A stretch of DNA of 63,020 bases, filler included, from Octopus bimaculoides (GCF_001194135.2; 8 parts of 7 records of this genome joined end to end with filler, not necessarily neighbours in it), one strand, 5' to 3'. Numbered from the whole stretch's first letter, positions 1-14,425 are shown. A program made the numbers and translations. Notes: generated by a model not told the origin, from the letters alone.

Positions 1-85
1 CATCATCACTATCACATTCCCTGAAACACACACCACCAACCACCACCACCACCACCACCACCACAACCACCACCACCACCATCAC
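1..85. repeat. (CAC)n/(CAT)n microsatellite
   Basis: Run of caccaccac/catcat units at the window start. Confidence 0.9.
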
Positions 86-431
86 ATAATCAATAATAAG
101 ATATTGGAAAGCATATGGCTACCATGTACAAAAATAAGGTGCATAATAGCATAATTCTGTTCTGGTGTCTGGTTCCATGTCAAATAATGGTTACCAAAGA
201 ATAAATGGAGTAATCACCAACATCTGTTCAGATTGCATTGGCTCTTCAGATGATGAGCAAAATCTCTTTCACTTTAACAGTTGATCCTACTAATCGCAAT
301 ATGCAACAACCTCAGCAAAATGACAGAAGAATAGTTTCTATTAAAATTTCAGCATCAACCTTCTTTTGGGGTAACCACAGCATCAATACTCGGTGTACAT
401 TGGTGTTACAATGTTATTATTATTATTATTA

Positions 432-622
432 AAGCGGTGAGCTGGCAAAATCATTAACATGCTGGGCAAAATGCTTGGTGGTATTTTGCCCATCACTATG
501 TTCTGAGTTCAAATTCCACCGAGGTCGACTGCCTTTCATCCTTTCGGGGTCAATAAATTAAGTACCAGTGAAACACTAGTGTCAATGTAATCGACTTATC
601 TCCTCCCCTTAAATTTCAGGCC

Positions 623-671
<49 letters not shown>

Positions 672-1579
672 GGTGATGAGCTGGCAGAATTGTTAGCATG
701 CTGGGCAAAATGCTTAGCGGTATTTCATTGGTCTTCAGGTTCTGAGTTCAAATTCTGCCAATGTTGACTTTGCCTTTCATCCTTTCGGGGTCGATAAATT
801 AAGTACCAGTTGTGTACTGGGGTTGATCTAATCAACTGGCCTCCTCCTCCAAAATTTCAGACCTTATGTCTATAGTAGAAAAGATTATTATTATTATTAT
901 CATTAAGGTGGTGACCCAGACAAAATGTCTAGCAGCATTTATTCCAACTTTATGATCTGTGTTCAAATACCACCAGGTTCGACTTTGCCTTTCATCCTTT
1001 CAGGGTCAATGAAATAAGTACCAGTTATGCACTGGGGTTGATGTAATCGACTAGCCCTCTTCCCCAAAAATTTTCAAGGCCTTGTGCCAAGAGTAAGAAA
1101 CAATTATTATTATTGCCATTGTTGTTGCTATTTCTAATTTAGGCACAAGGCCAGCAATTTTGAGAGAAAAGAGTTAGTTGAGTAAATCGACCCTAGTACT
1201 TGACTGGTACTTTAGTTTCTTGAATCTGCAGGGACAAAAGGCAAAAGATGACCTTGGTGCTTGAAGGAATATAAACTTAGAATGCAATATGCCAGAAGAA
1301 ATACCACATGACATTTTACCTGATGCTTTAATGAGTCTGCCAGCTCATCACCTTAATAATAATAATAATAATAATGAAGATGATTTCTAATTTTGGCACA
1401 AAGGCAGCAATTTTGGAGAGAGGGATAAGTCAATTACATCAACCCCAATACTCAACTGGTACCTATTTTATTGACCCTGAAAGTTGACCTTGGCGGAATT
1501 TTAACTCAGGACATGAAAACAGATGAAATGCCACTAAGCATTCTGTCCAGTGTGCTAACGATTCTGCTAGCCCGTTACC

Positions 1580-1580
<1 letters not shown>
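432..1580. mobile_element. Cluster of five copies of one SINE family (family A): three on + (about 432-622, 670-878, 905-1098) and two on - (about 1135-1354, 1385-1580), separated by (TTA)n
   Basis: Each copy shares GGYGAGCTGGCAGAAT...GTTCTGAGTTCAAATT (B-box-like)...GCCTTTCATCCTTTCGGGGTCGATAAATTAAGTACCAG...AGGCCTT. Confidence 0.85.
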
Positions 1581-1612
<32 letters not shown>

Positions 1613-1614
1613 TG

Positions 1615-2040
1615 GTTCTTGTATTGGTATAAAATATGGACTACAGCAAATATTCTGCTCAGTATCACAGATTTGCTTGTCAGTTGTTTGACCATAACCA
1701 GTTGAGCATGTCCCTTACTGACTGACAATATGTGCATCTCTGATCACGAGCAGGAGTAGTGGGGGAGCATCATAGCCATGTGTTGAAAAGGATTCTTTGG
1801 GGTTTGAATAATTCACTTCTGGAAACAGGGTGTTCCATTCAACATCCTTAAACAACCCTTATTCAAAGACTTTTTAAGCGGAATGGGCTACTTGACATGA
1901 AGAAAATTCTAACTGGGCCCCATCTGCGAGGTCATGCACTGTTTATCTTGCTATGAGATCACCATGTCGCGCACATATGGTTGTGATGCATGTGCCTGGT
2001 GTACCATTATCAGACGAGTGGTCATTATGGGTATAATGGG
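1615..2040. repeat. Unclassified interspersed repeat
   Basis: Higher-GC block recognised from memory as a common octopus repeat; no coding motif seen. Confidence 0.4.
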
Positions 2041-2089
2041 CTTCGTATATTTGTACCCAGTACCACTTTGATGGTGTGCACCATCTCTT

Positions 2090-2290
2090 ACTCTTTTACT
2101 TGTTTCAGTCATTTGACTGCGGCCATGCTGGAGCACTGCCTTCAGTCGAGCAAATTGACCCCAGGACTTATTCTTTGTAGGACTAGTACTTATTCTATCG
2201 GTCTCTTTCGCCGAACCGTTAGGTTACGGGGACGTAAACATACCAACATTAGTTGTCAAGTGATGTTGCGGGGACAAACAGACATACAAA
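2090..2290 (-). mobile_element. SINE family B, 3' portion (other copies about 8985-9175, 43585-43800, 46325-46525, 62320-62610)
   Basis: Five similar copies of ctcttttacttgtttcagtcatttgactgcggccatgctggagcac...gccgaaccg...gttacgggg in the window. Confidence 0.85.
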
Positions 2291-2353
2291 CACACATACA
2301 CATATATATACATATACATATACATATACATACTCAATAATAATAATAATACT

Positions 2354-2562
2354 GATTTCAAATTTTGGCACAAGGCCAGCAATTTTGGGGAAGTGAATAA
2401 GTTGTTTACATCGGCCCCAGTATTCAGCTGGCACTAAATTTATCAGCCCTGAAAGGATAAAGGCAAAGCCAAACTCAGTGAAATTTAAACTCAGAATATA
2501 ACAATAAGCAAAATGTTATTGAGCATTTTGTCTGGCTTGCTAATGATTCTACCAGCTCACCA
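2354..2562 (-). mobile_element. SINE family A copy (others about 6700-6935, 6938-7065, 19495-19728, 39738-39898, 44225-44460)
   Basis: Reverse complement of the 432-622 element. Confidence 0.8.
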
Positions 2563-3994
2563 ATGTCTTTGTAACACGGAATACAATCCATAGATATGTT
2601 TCCTGTATTTGTCAGTTTCAAGGTGAGTGGCCANNNNNNNNNNNNNNNNNNNNNNNNNNNNNNNNNNNNNNNNNNNNNNNNNNNNNNNNNNNNNNNNNNN
2701 NNNNNNNNNNNNNNNNNNNNNNNNNNNNNNNNNTAAATTCTTATAAAGATTTTTATATATATTGATTGATAGATAGATAGATATGGTGATGCAAACAGGA
2801 AAAGTAGAACTCAAAATATGAGTGTATATATATATTTTCAGATAGCCGGTTATTAAGAATCTATTGTCATTTCTTATTTGTTTTTCAAATTCTTGAAACT
2901 TTATTGATTCACTTGAGACTGTAAAATATTTTATATGAAGAGTGATTCATTTGGAAAATGATACAAACTTATTGAATCTTAAGGATTAACTATAGAAAAA
3001 AATATATTTTCCCATCCCACTTATTATTGGTAGGTTCTTGGTATTATGAGAAAAATAATACCAAGCATGAATGATCTTTGTTTTCTCTATATGGCTGATA
3101 TTGAAATATTGAATACAAACATGGTTTAGATTCAACTATAGACAAATGTCCAAAACCTGAAGAAATTAGTGATGTTGGCATTGATATTAATTAATGAAAG
3201 GTAAAGACAAGAAATTCAATTGCCACAAGGAGTGTGGAACTTAATGTTTTAAGTATTGCTCCTCCTCTGTACATTTTGTCTCAGATGAAAGGATAAGCCC
3301 AGAGTATTAAATTTTGTACACTTTCTATGTCTCGCTTTGAATTATTCCAAGGTGGCAGTATATTTTAGTGTTTGGTGCTAACATAACTGTTTACAGACAA
3401 ATTAGTCCACAGATTCTTTTGTGTACAGAAGATAATGGTTATTGAAAAGAGTCAAAAATAGCGACTAAAAAAATTTGATTATCATTCACATTTAGCAGAT
3501 ACTTCTTGAAAAGCTTCGTTTAAGAAGGTCAAATATAAAGGTAGGCATTATTAGGTGCTTGATAAGACATAGATCTATATCAGTGGAAAATCACTTCAGC
3601 CTTTATGTTATTAACCACCGCAAATAGTTTAGTAAATATCAGTTTTCATACATGAAAATCAAATACAATAAGCAAAGAAATAGAACTTAAAAATCAGATG
3701 GAGAAAGGAAATTAATAAACAAGTGGCAGATGAATGGAAGTAATTCTAATTTCCACTTTTCCAGGCTCTCATGGGTCAGACAGAATTTGTTGTTGCAGAT
3801 TTTGTATGGCTGGATGCTCTTCCTGTCACCAACCCTTACCTGTTTCCAAATAAGGTGATATTTCCCTTGACCAGATATGGTTTCATGGAATACTGGTTAT
3901 AATAAAGGATATTGCTTGCATCATAGTGCAATTTGTTTACAACTGTCACACCATGTCAAGAACAAGCAAAGAGACAGTAATACACATACTCATA

Positions 3995-4150
3995 ATGGGC
4001 TTCTTTCAGTTTCCATCTCCTAAATCCATTCACAAGGCTTTGGTCAGCCCAGAACTATAGCAGAAGACACTTGCCTGAGGTGCAACACATTGGGACTGAG
4101 CTCAGAATCATGTGACTATGAAGCAAACTTCTTACCACACAGCCATGCTT
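3995..4150 (-). mobile_element. tRNA-derived SINE with CORE-like block (family C; other copies about 9175-9320, 9430-9560, 18180-18310, 23690-23825, 27740-27870, 29005-29160, 43965-44090, 61030-61090 on -, and 31150-31300 on +)
   Basis: Minus strand reads GCATGGCTGTGTGGTAAGAAG (A box)...CACCTCAGGCAAGTGTCTT, resembling the CORE-SINE motif ACCTTGGGCAAGTCACTT. Confidence 0.75.
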
Positions 4151-4154
4151 TTGC

Positions 4155-4300
<146 letters not shown>

Positions 4301-4822
4301 GTATGTATGTGTATACACGCACACATGATTTTCAATATTCTATTAAAATTATGATTTTGTATTGTTTTCTCTCACATTTTGCTAAATCTGTTGTCCTTTC
4401 ACCTAACAACATATTTCTATATACAATCATTTATTCCTCCCCTTTCCTCATAATTTACTATTTCTAACCACTGCTTGTCAATAAAAGACCAATTCTTAAT
4501 TTCAAGACTTAAGATCCTAAACTGAAATGCTGAATTTTTCAAAAATATGACATTATTTCTAAGATTTTATAGAATTGTTATTACTTCCAGATTTTTGTGG
4601 TTTTTTGATGTCCTTTTTCTAAGTAATTTTAGTTTTATTTTGATTTTTATAATTTTTAGACAAAACTTCCCATTAAAAAAATATATCTCCAAGAAAAAAA
4701 AATCGCAAGTAAAGAAAAAATAAACAAAGTTTAACCCCAGGTCAGCTCCACTTGAGCAACTGTATGGTTGTATCATGTCAGGTAGTTGTTGTTATCGTCA
4801 TTTGACCCTAGGACAAGGCTGA

Positions 4823-5535
4823 TTAGCCTCTTTGATACCGAGCCACCCATGATCACTCCTGGCTCTGTAATACAAACTTTGTTTTAAAGTGATCAAAATT
4901 TAATATTAATTTATGTTTTAAACCAGTTTAATTAAATGATAAAGTTATTTTACTTAACCCTTCTGTTACAGAAGCATTTAGTAATATAAACTTTGTCCTA
5001 ATTAAGCTCATATTTGGAACATCAACAGTGTCACTGTTGTCGTCAGCTTTATCTCATATCCAAGACTTTAGTTTCTTCTTTGTTGAATGCTTCCTTTATG
5101 GTGATGCTGTTGATGACTCTGTAGACCAATTCTTGCATAGAAGAGTCGATGGCATTGACTGCATGGTAATATTGGTGGAAGATGAGGTTGATTTTATGGA
5201 GCCTTTCTCTCCTGTTGTTTGATTTCTTACTTTTCTCTTCAAATGGCTTCAAAGTTTTTGGTTCTGATAGTGATAGAATACTGCCACTTGGTGTTCCATC
5301 ATCATTGAAGCATATCAATTTATGTTAATTTATGTTCCAAAGTTTGGAACATAAATTGACATGAAACTTCGGTGAAAATTTTCAATTTAGATGTCTTTAA
5401 AACAGGAAGTTGTGTGTCATAGAATCAAATGTGGTCTTGGGTGGATTGGCATCAGAAAGGTTAATCCTTCATTGTTTTTAAAATTCAAAGAAAGACTGTG
5501 AACTTCAACAGAAATATGATTAGCAAAAGAGTTAA
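4823..5535. mobile_element. Rearranged pieces of a TTAA-ended (piggyBac-like) MITE
   Basis: ttagcctctttgataccgagcccaccc (4823) is an imperfect inverted match to gggtggattggcatcagaaaggttaa (ends 5464). A further end, ...agcaaaagagttaa, finishes at 5535. Confidence 0.5.
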
Positions 5536-6429
5536 ACAGAACTATACTTAGATTAGATTGTTTCAAAGTGGGGTAACACTGTATTCTGCCAACACTGTTG
5601 CCATTTGTCATAACAAATTCTAGTGATAGCAGAGTCTTTCTTTAACACATTTACATCTGCTTTATGAAGGTTACAAACATTATTTGGTTCTACTAAGTGG
5701 TGAGAATATTGCTGTCATTTAGCCCAAGGCCAGGTCTTATCCAGCAGACCTTAAATAAATGAATATTCCAGCCATGACCATTCTATCTTTTATTCAGACA
5801 GTGTACTCTAGAATACATTATCTCATGCCTTCCCCCCCTTACAATGAAAGATTTGGCTTCTGTTTTTAGCAGGTACCATGTAGAGGTACCTTTTGCATTT
5901 GTGTATGTGCATCTGGCTTTAAGTGTTGATAATGTTTTCTTACAGATTTGCTTTTCAGAATTATTGAAATGAGGGAGATGCATTGGTGGAATTTTAACTC
6001 GTGACTTCTTAATTAGCTTCAGCATCTTTATTGCTTTCTTCATTAACATCATCATCACATCTGTTCTTCCATGCTGGCATCGGTTGAACAGGTTTGTTCC
6101 ACATATACAGTGCTTTTTTTTTGTAGTGCTTCATTATCTCATTTGTGAGGCCCAATGTCTTGTGATCAGTGTCACGACCATTTTTCTTCCCACATCTCCA
6201 TAAAATATGCTCTGAATCAAGATAAACATATTTTTGTTTGCTGTTACTGGAATGTTAATTTTTTTTGTTCTTTATTTATCTGTTCTGTTGACTGACAAAA
6301 AGAGAAATAAAGCAAATGATAAACTCATCAATCAAATATATAAATAATCAATTGCCTTCATTTGCATCCATCAACCCCGGGAATGTATGTGGGTTGGTGG
6401 GTGGCTAGGGCCAACAATTTGTCTCCATT

Positions 6430-6620
6430 TCTATTTACTATTGTTCTTAATAATTGATACATCTTCTTTCCTGTTATCTTCACAATGTTATCAGTCCAGT
6501 TTTTCCTAGGTCTTTTTCTTTTGGGCATTTTCCTGAGGATTTTTCAGGAACCAATCACTTTTGTGGTCCTTTATGACATGCCCAAAATATCTATTTTGCT
6601 TGTCCAATTGTTTTACATGG
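6430..6620 (-). pseudogene. Decayed RTE-type LINE C-terminal fragment
   Basis: Minus-strand translation gives RYFGHVIK...GKCPKEK, then PRKNWTDNI after a frameshift, matching the RTE pattern 'YFGH..R...GKRPRGRP..W.D.I'. Confidence 0.55.
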
Positions 6621-7149
6621 TTTCATTCAATTACAAATTGGCCTAACACATATTGATTTGTCACTTACTTGAACCTATTATAATATATTAATTAGGTTGA
6701 TGAACTGGTAGAACTGTGAGCACGTTGGACAAAAGAACTGGAAGAAAGGCTGTGTGACATTTCTTCCAGTTTTATGTTCTGCGTTCAAATACCACTGAGG
6801 TTGACTCTGCAGTCCATCATTTTCAAGTTGGTAAAATAAGTATCAATAGAGCCTTGTGGTCAATATAATTGACTAGCACACCCCCCTCTCTGAACAATTT
6901 CATACCTTGTGTCTATCGTAGTAAGAATTATTATTAAGATGGTAAGATAGCAGAATCATTAGCATATCAAAGTGGCATTTCTTCTGGTGAATTATAGTCT
7001 GTTTCAAATCCTGCCAAGGTTGGCTTTACCTTTATTCCATACAATCTATGGTATGTTGCATACATTCAAATGCTACCAGTGTATTTCTCAAGGAATGTTT
7101 ATATATTTAAGATGCCTCTTCATTTTCAATCAAATAATTTCACTGGGTT

Positions 7150-8560
7150 GGCTTATCATAACTGTGATTTGTAACAATTCTGTTGGATGGCTCATTAGAT
7201 GAACGATTCTGATGTCCAAGAGATTGCAATTGGTTGTATGCAGGTCACATATCAAATTGTTTATTATTTTATGGGACAATCCATTGCTAGGTTAGTGGTA
7301 TCGAATTAGTTGTGAAATTATCAGGAAGTTGCACAAGATAACTTCTTTTTTTTTTCCATATTGATGTCACACATCTTAAATACTCAAATATTGTGCCACC
7401 ATGTAATTAACATGATTTTTTTTAAACATTAGATATTTTTCAACTTCTGCCATACAGTCTCCTCCATTTGGTTTTGAAGGCTAACCATGGAGAGATAGAC
7501 CTTGTACATTGAATAATAATACTCTCTAACTCTCTAGTCTCTAACACTGAATCAATTGTACTGTCATAAACATTGGAACTTCTATTAACTGATGAAATAA
7601 CATTTCAGTTATGTGTTTAATTAATGTTATATGACAGCCTCCAACAAACAATTCTGTAAGGATTAACTTTGCCTTCTAGGATTTTGTACATCGAAATACA
7701 TATCCATTACTACTGGTGAATATTTTTGTGTCTTCATTTGTATATCGTCCACCAATGTAATTCTACTGATTTGCTACAAAGTTACTCTTTTGCAAATATT
7801 CTGTTATACTTTCCTGCTGGATTTTAAGAAACAATTTCTGAGCAAAGCCACACTAGTCTCTGAGATTAAAATATATATTTACTTCTGAAATTAAATAAAT
7901 ATCTGTAATTTTCAAAGCCCTCATCACTTATTTATTTTTTACATGAACAATTTATTAATTATTATTTTCAAATTTACTTATTTTATCCAGTATAACATAT
8001 ATCATTTAACATATTATATTGCATAGCATATAATTCTAAAGTAACAGGATGCTATTATTTTACCCAAAATTCTTCGTCTCTGTTATGTTCCTTCCAGTTT
8101 TCCAAAAGCTTTCTGTTTTGTTGACAGTTTTGAATTCCTGATCTCTACCACTTAAAATATATTTGCAGTGCGATTATTGATTCATACATCTGGAGAGTAG
8201 AATCTCATGTGTTTGATTTATTTCCTTTGACTGAATAACTCTTATGTAGTTTCCTGTTTGTTTACTATTTCCACTTCTAGTTGAATAGGAAGGCTCTTTT
8301 TTCTTATATTTGTACTGAATATTTTGAATTGTTTTGTGTTTTAGGTCAGTGTTTTACTATTTGTTACAACATATCATTCCAAGTCACTTGTTTTAAGAGA
8401 TAGTCATCACTGTTCCTCCATTTCTACTACCAGGTTTACATTTCAAATGAATAGGTGTCAATCATAGTAGAATATACCCTTTGGAGCCTGCCAAAGCCTA
8501 CTTCAGCTTTCCTGTTGCTTATCTTCATATTGCCTTTGGCATTGAAGCTGTCTTTAGAGT
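7150..8560 (-). pseudogene. Ancient RTE-type LINE remnant (endonuclease, RT and C-terminal traces)
   Basis: Scattered minus-strand motifs in the expected order: STRSG, QGLSL (QG.LSP-like), FEYLRC (F.YLG-like), LQSLGHQNR (L.W.GH..R-like). Many stops. Confidence 0.4.
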
Positions 8561-9353
8561 AGCAAGTGTTGTTATTTGGTGTTTTGTTTGCTGCAGAAGT
8601 ATTAAACTGTGTTGATTCAAATCACTTTCATCATTATCATCATTATAACAGTATCTACTTTTCCATGCTTATGTGGGTCAAAAGGATTTTTACTGAAGTA
8701 GGTTTTTGTATGGATAGCTGCCCTACTTGTCGCCAAGCTTCATCTGTTTCCAAGCAAAGTAATAATTACTCCCTGGGCAATGCCTTGTTTTCACAGAAGA
8801 TTGGAAATGAGGCACACGTTACAGTGATGCTTGTTAATGTCTATTGCATAATGTTGAAACAAGGAGACACACACACACACACAAACACATCATTATCATC
8901 GCTAACTCAATGCCTACTTTTCGATGTTCACATGGGTTGGTTGAAATCTTATTGATGCAGATTTTCTATGACCAGATGCCCTTCCTTCTTTTACTCTTTT
9001 ACTTGTTTCAGTCATTTGACTGTGGCCATGCTGGAGCACCGCCTTTAGTTGAGCAAATTGACCCCAGGATTTCTTTGTAAGCCTAGTACTTATTCTGTCG
9101 GTCTCTTTTGCCGAACCGCTAAGTTACGGGGATTAGTTGTCAAACGATGGTGGGGAGACAAACAGGCACACATACACTTCTTTCAGTTTCCATCTACCAA
9201 ATCCACTCATAAGGCCTTTGTCAGCCTTGGGCTATTGTAGAAGATACTAGCTTAATGTGTCATGCAATGAGACTGAACCTGAAGCCATGTGGTCAGGAAG
9301 CAAACTTCTTACCACACGCACACACACACCACACACACACACACACTCACACA

Positions 9354-9430
<77 letters not shown>

Positions 9431-10360
9431 ATGGGTTCTTTCAGTTTCTGCCTGCCAAATCCATTGATAAGGCCTTGGGCTATTGTAGAAGACACTTGCC
9501 CAAGGTACCACTCAGTACAACTGAACCCAAGACTATTGAGAAGTGAAATTTTAAACTCCACATTTAATAATTCATTTAGCCTGTTCATCACACTGTTTTG
9601 GTCTGGTTCTGGCTGTTTTGATGCTCTCCTAATACTCCTGATGTTTTAAACTTTACATAAAACTATGTTTAGATTTAGGTTGTGCATATTCTTCTTTAAA
9701 CTAACTCGTTAAGGTAGTAACTCCACTTTATATTGTGTTTATAGTAACAGGAAAAATATCCAAGATAATTTTGTCCAATTACTGTCAATTTATATTTAAT
9801 CTTAAACAGATTTGTTATGATTTCTTGTAAATCGGTTGCATAAGGAATGTCATCCAGCCATTAAAAAGAAAAAAAGAAAGGAAAATACGTCAAGGTATAC
9901 ATTGAAGCTTGCTGCAGTCTTCCAGCTCATCAGATCATCCGTTGCCATGACAGCATGGAAGCCAAGCATTAAACAATGATGATGATGATCATGGTCACAT
10001 AATATCATTCACATCTAGGAATTACCCCTACAATACTTCACTTTTAACTTTAGTCTGTTGGTCACGGATGGGTGAAAAGGATGATTGTCTATGATGAAAT
10101 TTGATATCAGAATGTAAAGGATTGTAACTAAATTCTACAGCTCCCCTAATCATTCAGGCAATTCATTGATGGTACTCTTTAAAAACTTTTGACAATTAAA
10201 AAAAAAAAATTTAATTAAATTTAGTTATTCAGAACTAGAGATTATGTACCCTTAGAATTGATTTAATTCCAGAATTATATATAATATGTAGAGTTAGCAT
10301 CTGAAATGTCGCTTTATTTACTTATTTATGTATGTAAGATACTGTATATGTATTGTGTTG

Positions 10361-10750
10361 TGGAGGCGCAATGGCCCAGTGGTTAGGGCAGCGGACTCGC
10401 GGTCATAGGATCGCGGTTTCGATTCCCAGACCGAGCGTTGTGTGTGTTTATTGAGCGAAAACACCTAAAGCTCCACAAGGCTCCGGCAGGGGATGGTGGT
10501 GAACCCTGTTGCACTCTTCCACCACAACTTTCTCTCACTCTTACTTCCTGTTTCTGTTGTTCCTGTAATTCAAAGGATCAGCCTTGTCACACTGTGTCAC
10601 GCTGAATCTCCCCGAGAACTACGTTAAGGGTACACGTGTCTGTGGAGTGCTCAGCCACTTGCACTTTAATTTCACAATCAGGCTGTTCCGTTGATCGGAT
10701 CAACTGGAACCCTCGACGTCGTAAGCGACGGAATGCCAACTACTACTGCT
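10361..10750 (+). mobile_element. Apparently full-length tRNA-derived SINE
   Basis: A box TGGCCCAGTGG, B box GGTTTCGATTCC, about 300 bp body and (TAC)n tail. CpGs are retained, suggesting a young copy. Confidence 0.85.
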
Positions 10751-12531
10751 ATGTATTGTGTTGATTGCCTGTGCAGAATTGTTCATAATTAATCTCACAT
10801 CCATTCTGTAACACACCGTTTCGTTAATATGGTGTGTCGTCTTCCTATAAGTGGTAATTACATATGTATGTATATCAAACTGACCACTGCAGTTGCTATT
10901 TTTATACACATATGCACTCACATATAATCTATGCATGTGTGTATATATATGTGTGTGTGTGTGTGTATAGATATGAGGGTGTGTATGTGTCTGTGTATAA
11001 GCATGTGTGTAGTATGTGTGAGTGTCTACAAAACGTCATGGGAAAATGCATCTTCTGTTTATATATATACACATACACATATATACTTAATTGGTATTAC
11101 GTATCTTTTTTTTTTTTTTTGCCTTAAAGCAAACTGTCGTTCAGCATTTTCTAAAAATTATTATTATTATTATTATTATGAATTGGACTTAAGGAAAAGA
11201 AAGCCATTTAAAATTTTTTCTGAAAATTCCATTTTTGTTCAATTCCTAATTTGATATTATTATTATTTTGTACATAAAATATTGTGTGATAATCTTAAAA
11301 TTTGGTGTAAAAAAAAAAAAAAAAANNNNNNNNNNNNNNNNNNNNNNNNNNNNNNNNNNNNNNNNNNNNNNNNNNNNNNNNNNNNNNNNNNNNNNNNNNN
11401 NNNNNNNNNNNNNNNNNNNNNNNNNNNNNNNNNNNNNNNNNNNNNNNNNNNNNNNNNNNNNNNNNNNNNNNNNNNNNNNNNNNNNNNNNNNNNNNNNNNN
11501 NNNNNNNNNNNNNNNNNNNNNNNNNNNNNNNNNNNNNNNNNNNNNNNNNNNNNNNNNNNNNNNNNNNNNNNNNNNNNNNNNNNNNNNNNNNNNNNNNNNN
11601 NNNNNNNNNNNNNNNNNNNNNNNNNNNNNNNNNNNNNNNNNNNNNNNNNNNNNNNNNNNNNNNNNNNNNNNNNNNNNNNNNNNNNNNNNNNNNNNNNNNN
11701 NNNNNNNNNNNNNNNNNNNNNNNNNNNNNNNNNNNNNNNNNNNNNNNNNNNNNNNNNNNNNNNNNNNNNNNNNNNNNNNNNNNNNNNNNNNNNNNNNNNN
11801 NNNNNNNNNNNNNNNNNNNNNNNNNNNNNNNNNNNNNNNNNNNNNNNNNNNNNNNNNNNNNNNNNNNNNNNNNNNNNNNNNNNNNNNNNNNNNNNNNNNN
11901 NNNNNNNNNNNNNNNNNNNNNNNNNNNNNNNNNNNNNNNNNNNNNNNNNNNNNNNNNNNNNNNNNNNNNNNNNNNNNNNNNNNNNNNNNNNNNNNNNNNN
12001 NNNNNNNNNNNNNNNNNNNNNNNNNNNNNNNNNNNNNNNNNNNNNNNNNNNNNNNNNNNNNNNNNNNNNNNNNNNNNNNNNNNNNNNNNNNNNNNNNNNN
12101 NNNNNNNNNNNNNNNNNNNNNNNNNNNNNNNNNNNNNNNNNNNNNNNNNNNNNNNNNNNNNNNNNNNNNNNNNNNNNNNNNNNNNNNNNNNNNNNNNNNN
12201 NNNNNNNNNNNNNNNNNNNNNNNNNNNNNNNNNNNNNNNNNNNNNNNNNNNNNNNNNNNNNNNNNNNNNNNTTTTTCTTTGTGATGGCCATGGAATTAAT
12301 TATTTTTCCTTTTTTTTTCCCTATTTTCTTACCTCTATCTTTGTAAAAGTTATCAAATTTAATCCCTGACCTAAAACTCATTTAAATAATTAAATGAATA
12401 CATTAAAAGAGAAATCAATAAATTCAAAGATTTTGAAATCGATGAATCTTAAATTCTACATAAAAAAAAATAAATTTTAAAGGCTTTTTATTTCAGCTTC
12501 AATCTTCTTTTGGTGATGGGTTTTCATTTTC

Positions 12532-12568
<37 letters not shown>

Positions 12569-12834
12569 CCTCTCTAGATCTGTTTTTCTAATCACTAAAT
12601 GTAATTGTGAAAAAGTAAGGATTTTTAAGGCATAGTTTTGGTATTTGCTAGCTTAACCAAAAAAAAAAATTCTTCATTGCCTATAATTGAAATAATTGCT
12701 GCTTAGTAATCTCATGTTGGGGGTAGACCTAGAGTACACTGCTGCTTTAACATCTGGCTCACCAAAACCCATACATTCTTCATTGAATTACACTTCCAGA
12801 TACAAAATTGTTTAGATGTAGGCTTCCTGTATGC

Positions 12835-13024
12835 TTAACCCTGTCAAATGTAATGCTTACTTATTCACCTTGTTTTGGATTAATCATGCATTATCTCTTA
12901 GCTTTGAGGTTTTAATGATGTGATCATTTATTTTCAGAATGACTTTGGAGAGCAGGTGTGATCTGGCTGGCTTGAATGTAAAACAGGTAGAATAATATAT
13001 GGGCCTGGTATGGCCAGTTTTAAC
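12835..13024. mobile_element. TTAA-flanked MITE remnant
   Basis: Begins ttaaccc and ends ggccagttttaa; body recognised from memory as an octopus MITE. Confidence 0.5.
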
Positions 13025-14273
13025 TTGCTCGGTTCCTTTTGATAAAAGCTCAATGTTTTGGTGTGTGTTATAACCTCCATTTTTTAGGGCTGTTATTTAC
13101 AGCTAAACATGTTTGGCAACATGTTGCTTAGTTTGACCTCAGAGAACAAATCAAACCATCTAATGAGATTTCTGTGCATTAATTTGGTTTGTAGTGTGAC
13201 AGACAAATCTATCTCAGACGAGTTCTAATATTCTTTAGAACAAGAACAAGAGCTACATAGTCTCAGATCTAAATCTCATAACATTATTCCATTATAACCA
13301 GACTATCAATCACTAAATATTAAAGTGTCATTTACATCATATCAAGTTATTCTTTGTTTTGTTTTTAAGACAGTTGGATGTAATTGAAAGGAATTTTTGG
13401 CTGTTAATTCTAGCAGGGATGCTTCTGAGCTTTGATCTACTTCATCTAATCTAAGCTGGGGTTAAACAACAACATAGCAAATTAGCAGTTTTACTGATCT
13501 CAGATGCAGTTAATTGTGGATTTTCTAATTTAAAGCTGATGTGAAACATATCTCTTTCTTGGTAGGAATTCAGGTAAGAATTCAGGTGAATTTCTCTACA
13601 AGGACACTGTAAAACTAACAAAACCTTCAATTTTATATCCCTGCTGTCTACTGTCTATCACTGTTGTTATTGTTTAGCTCAAGGTTAGCCTTAATTAAGC
13701 AGAATTGATTCATCAAAGACATTCCAGTCATGACCATCCTGTCTATTTCCCTATGTGTAGGGAATCCAGGACCACAATCCACTGTCTTTTTCTAGGGTGA
13801 TGGAATGTGATTCAAGAGAAATTTAGCTGCTGTTTTTAGCATGTGAAGGTTCTCTTGTTGACTCAAGTTTTCTAGATGTTTACTAGTGTGATCTTGGCTC
13901 ATAACTATGTAGAATCTTTCTTGTCATTTCCTCCTATCCATGATGGTAAACTGTTGTACCTGCTTACAGTTAGGTAGACTGAGGTGCTGATAGTTAATCA
14001 TCTTTGTCATGTACACAGTTAGGTATATTCTACCATATTAAAATATAGGTAGTTGTACTGGACTGTTAATAAATTCTTAGGACACGGACACACTACAGTG
14101 AAATGTGGTACCTACATACGACTAAGCAGATTGAGCTTTTGACAATTAAGTGTTTGTATCATAGATAGAGTATGGTGAACTATACTGGCCTCTGAGTTAT
14201 TGAGAGTTAAGTGTTCTCCTCATTAATGCACTCAGTGAAAATCTGTTGATTTGTTGTATGCATATGTAAGTGT

Positions 14274-14321
<48 letters not shown>

Positions 14322-14322
<1 letters not shown>

Positions 14323-14425
14323 CCTGGTGTAGCCATCTGGTTGCACCAGTCCTCAGTCAAATCGGCCAACCCATGCTAGCATGGAAAGCAGACGTTAAAC
14401 GATGATGATGATGATGATGATGATA
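14322..14425 (+). mobile_element. RTE LINE 3' terminus with (GAT)n tail
   Basis: ...ccaacccatgctagcatggaaagcagacgttaaacgatgatgat, containing a terminal stem-loop (CCATGCTAGCATGG) followed by the microsatellite tail. Confidence 0.75.

Noticed and set aside
2840-2918. Possible exon SSESIKFQEFEKQIRNDNRFLITG
   Set aside because: Good acceptor but no credible GT donor.
5049-5318. 89-aa minus-strand ORF
   Set aside because: It sits between MITE fragments, with no motif or splice support.
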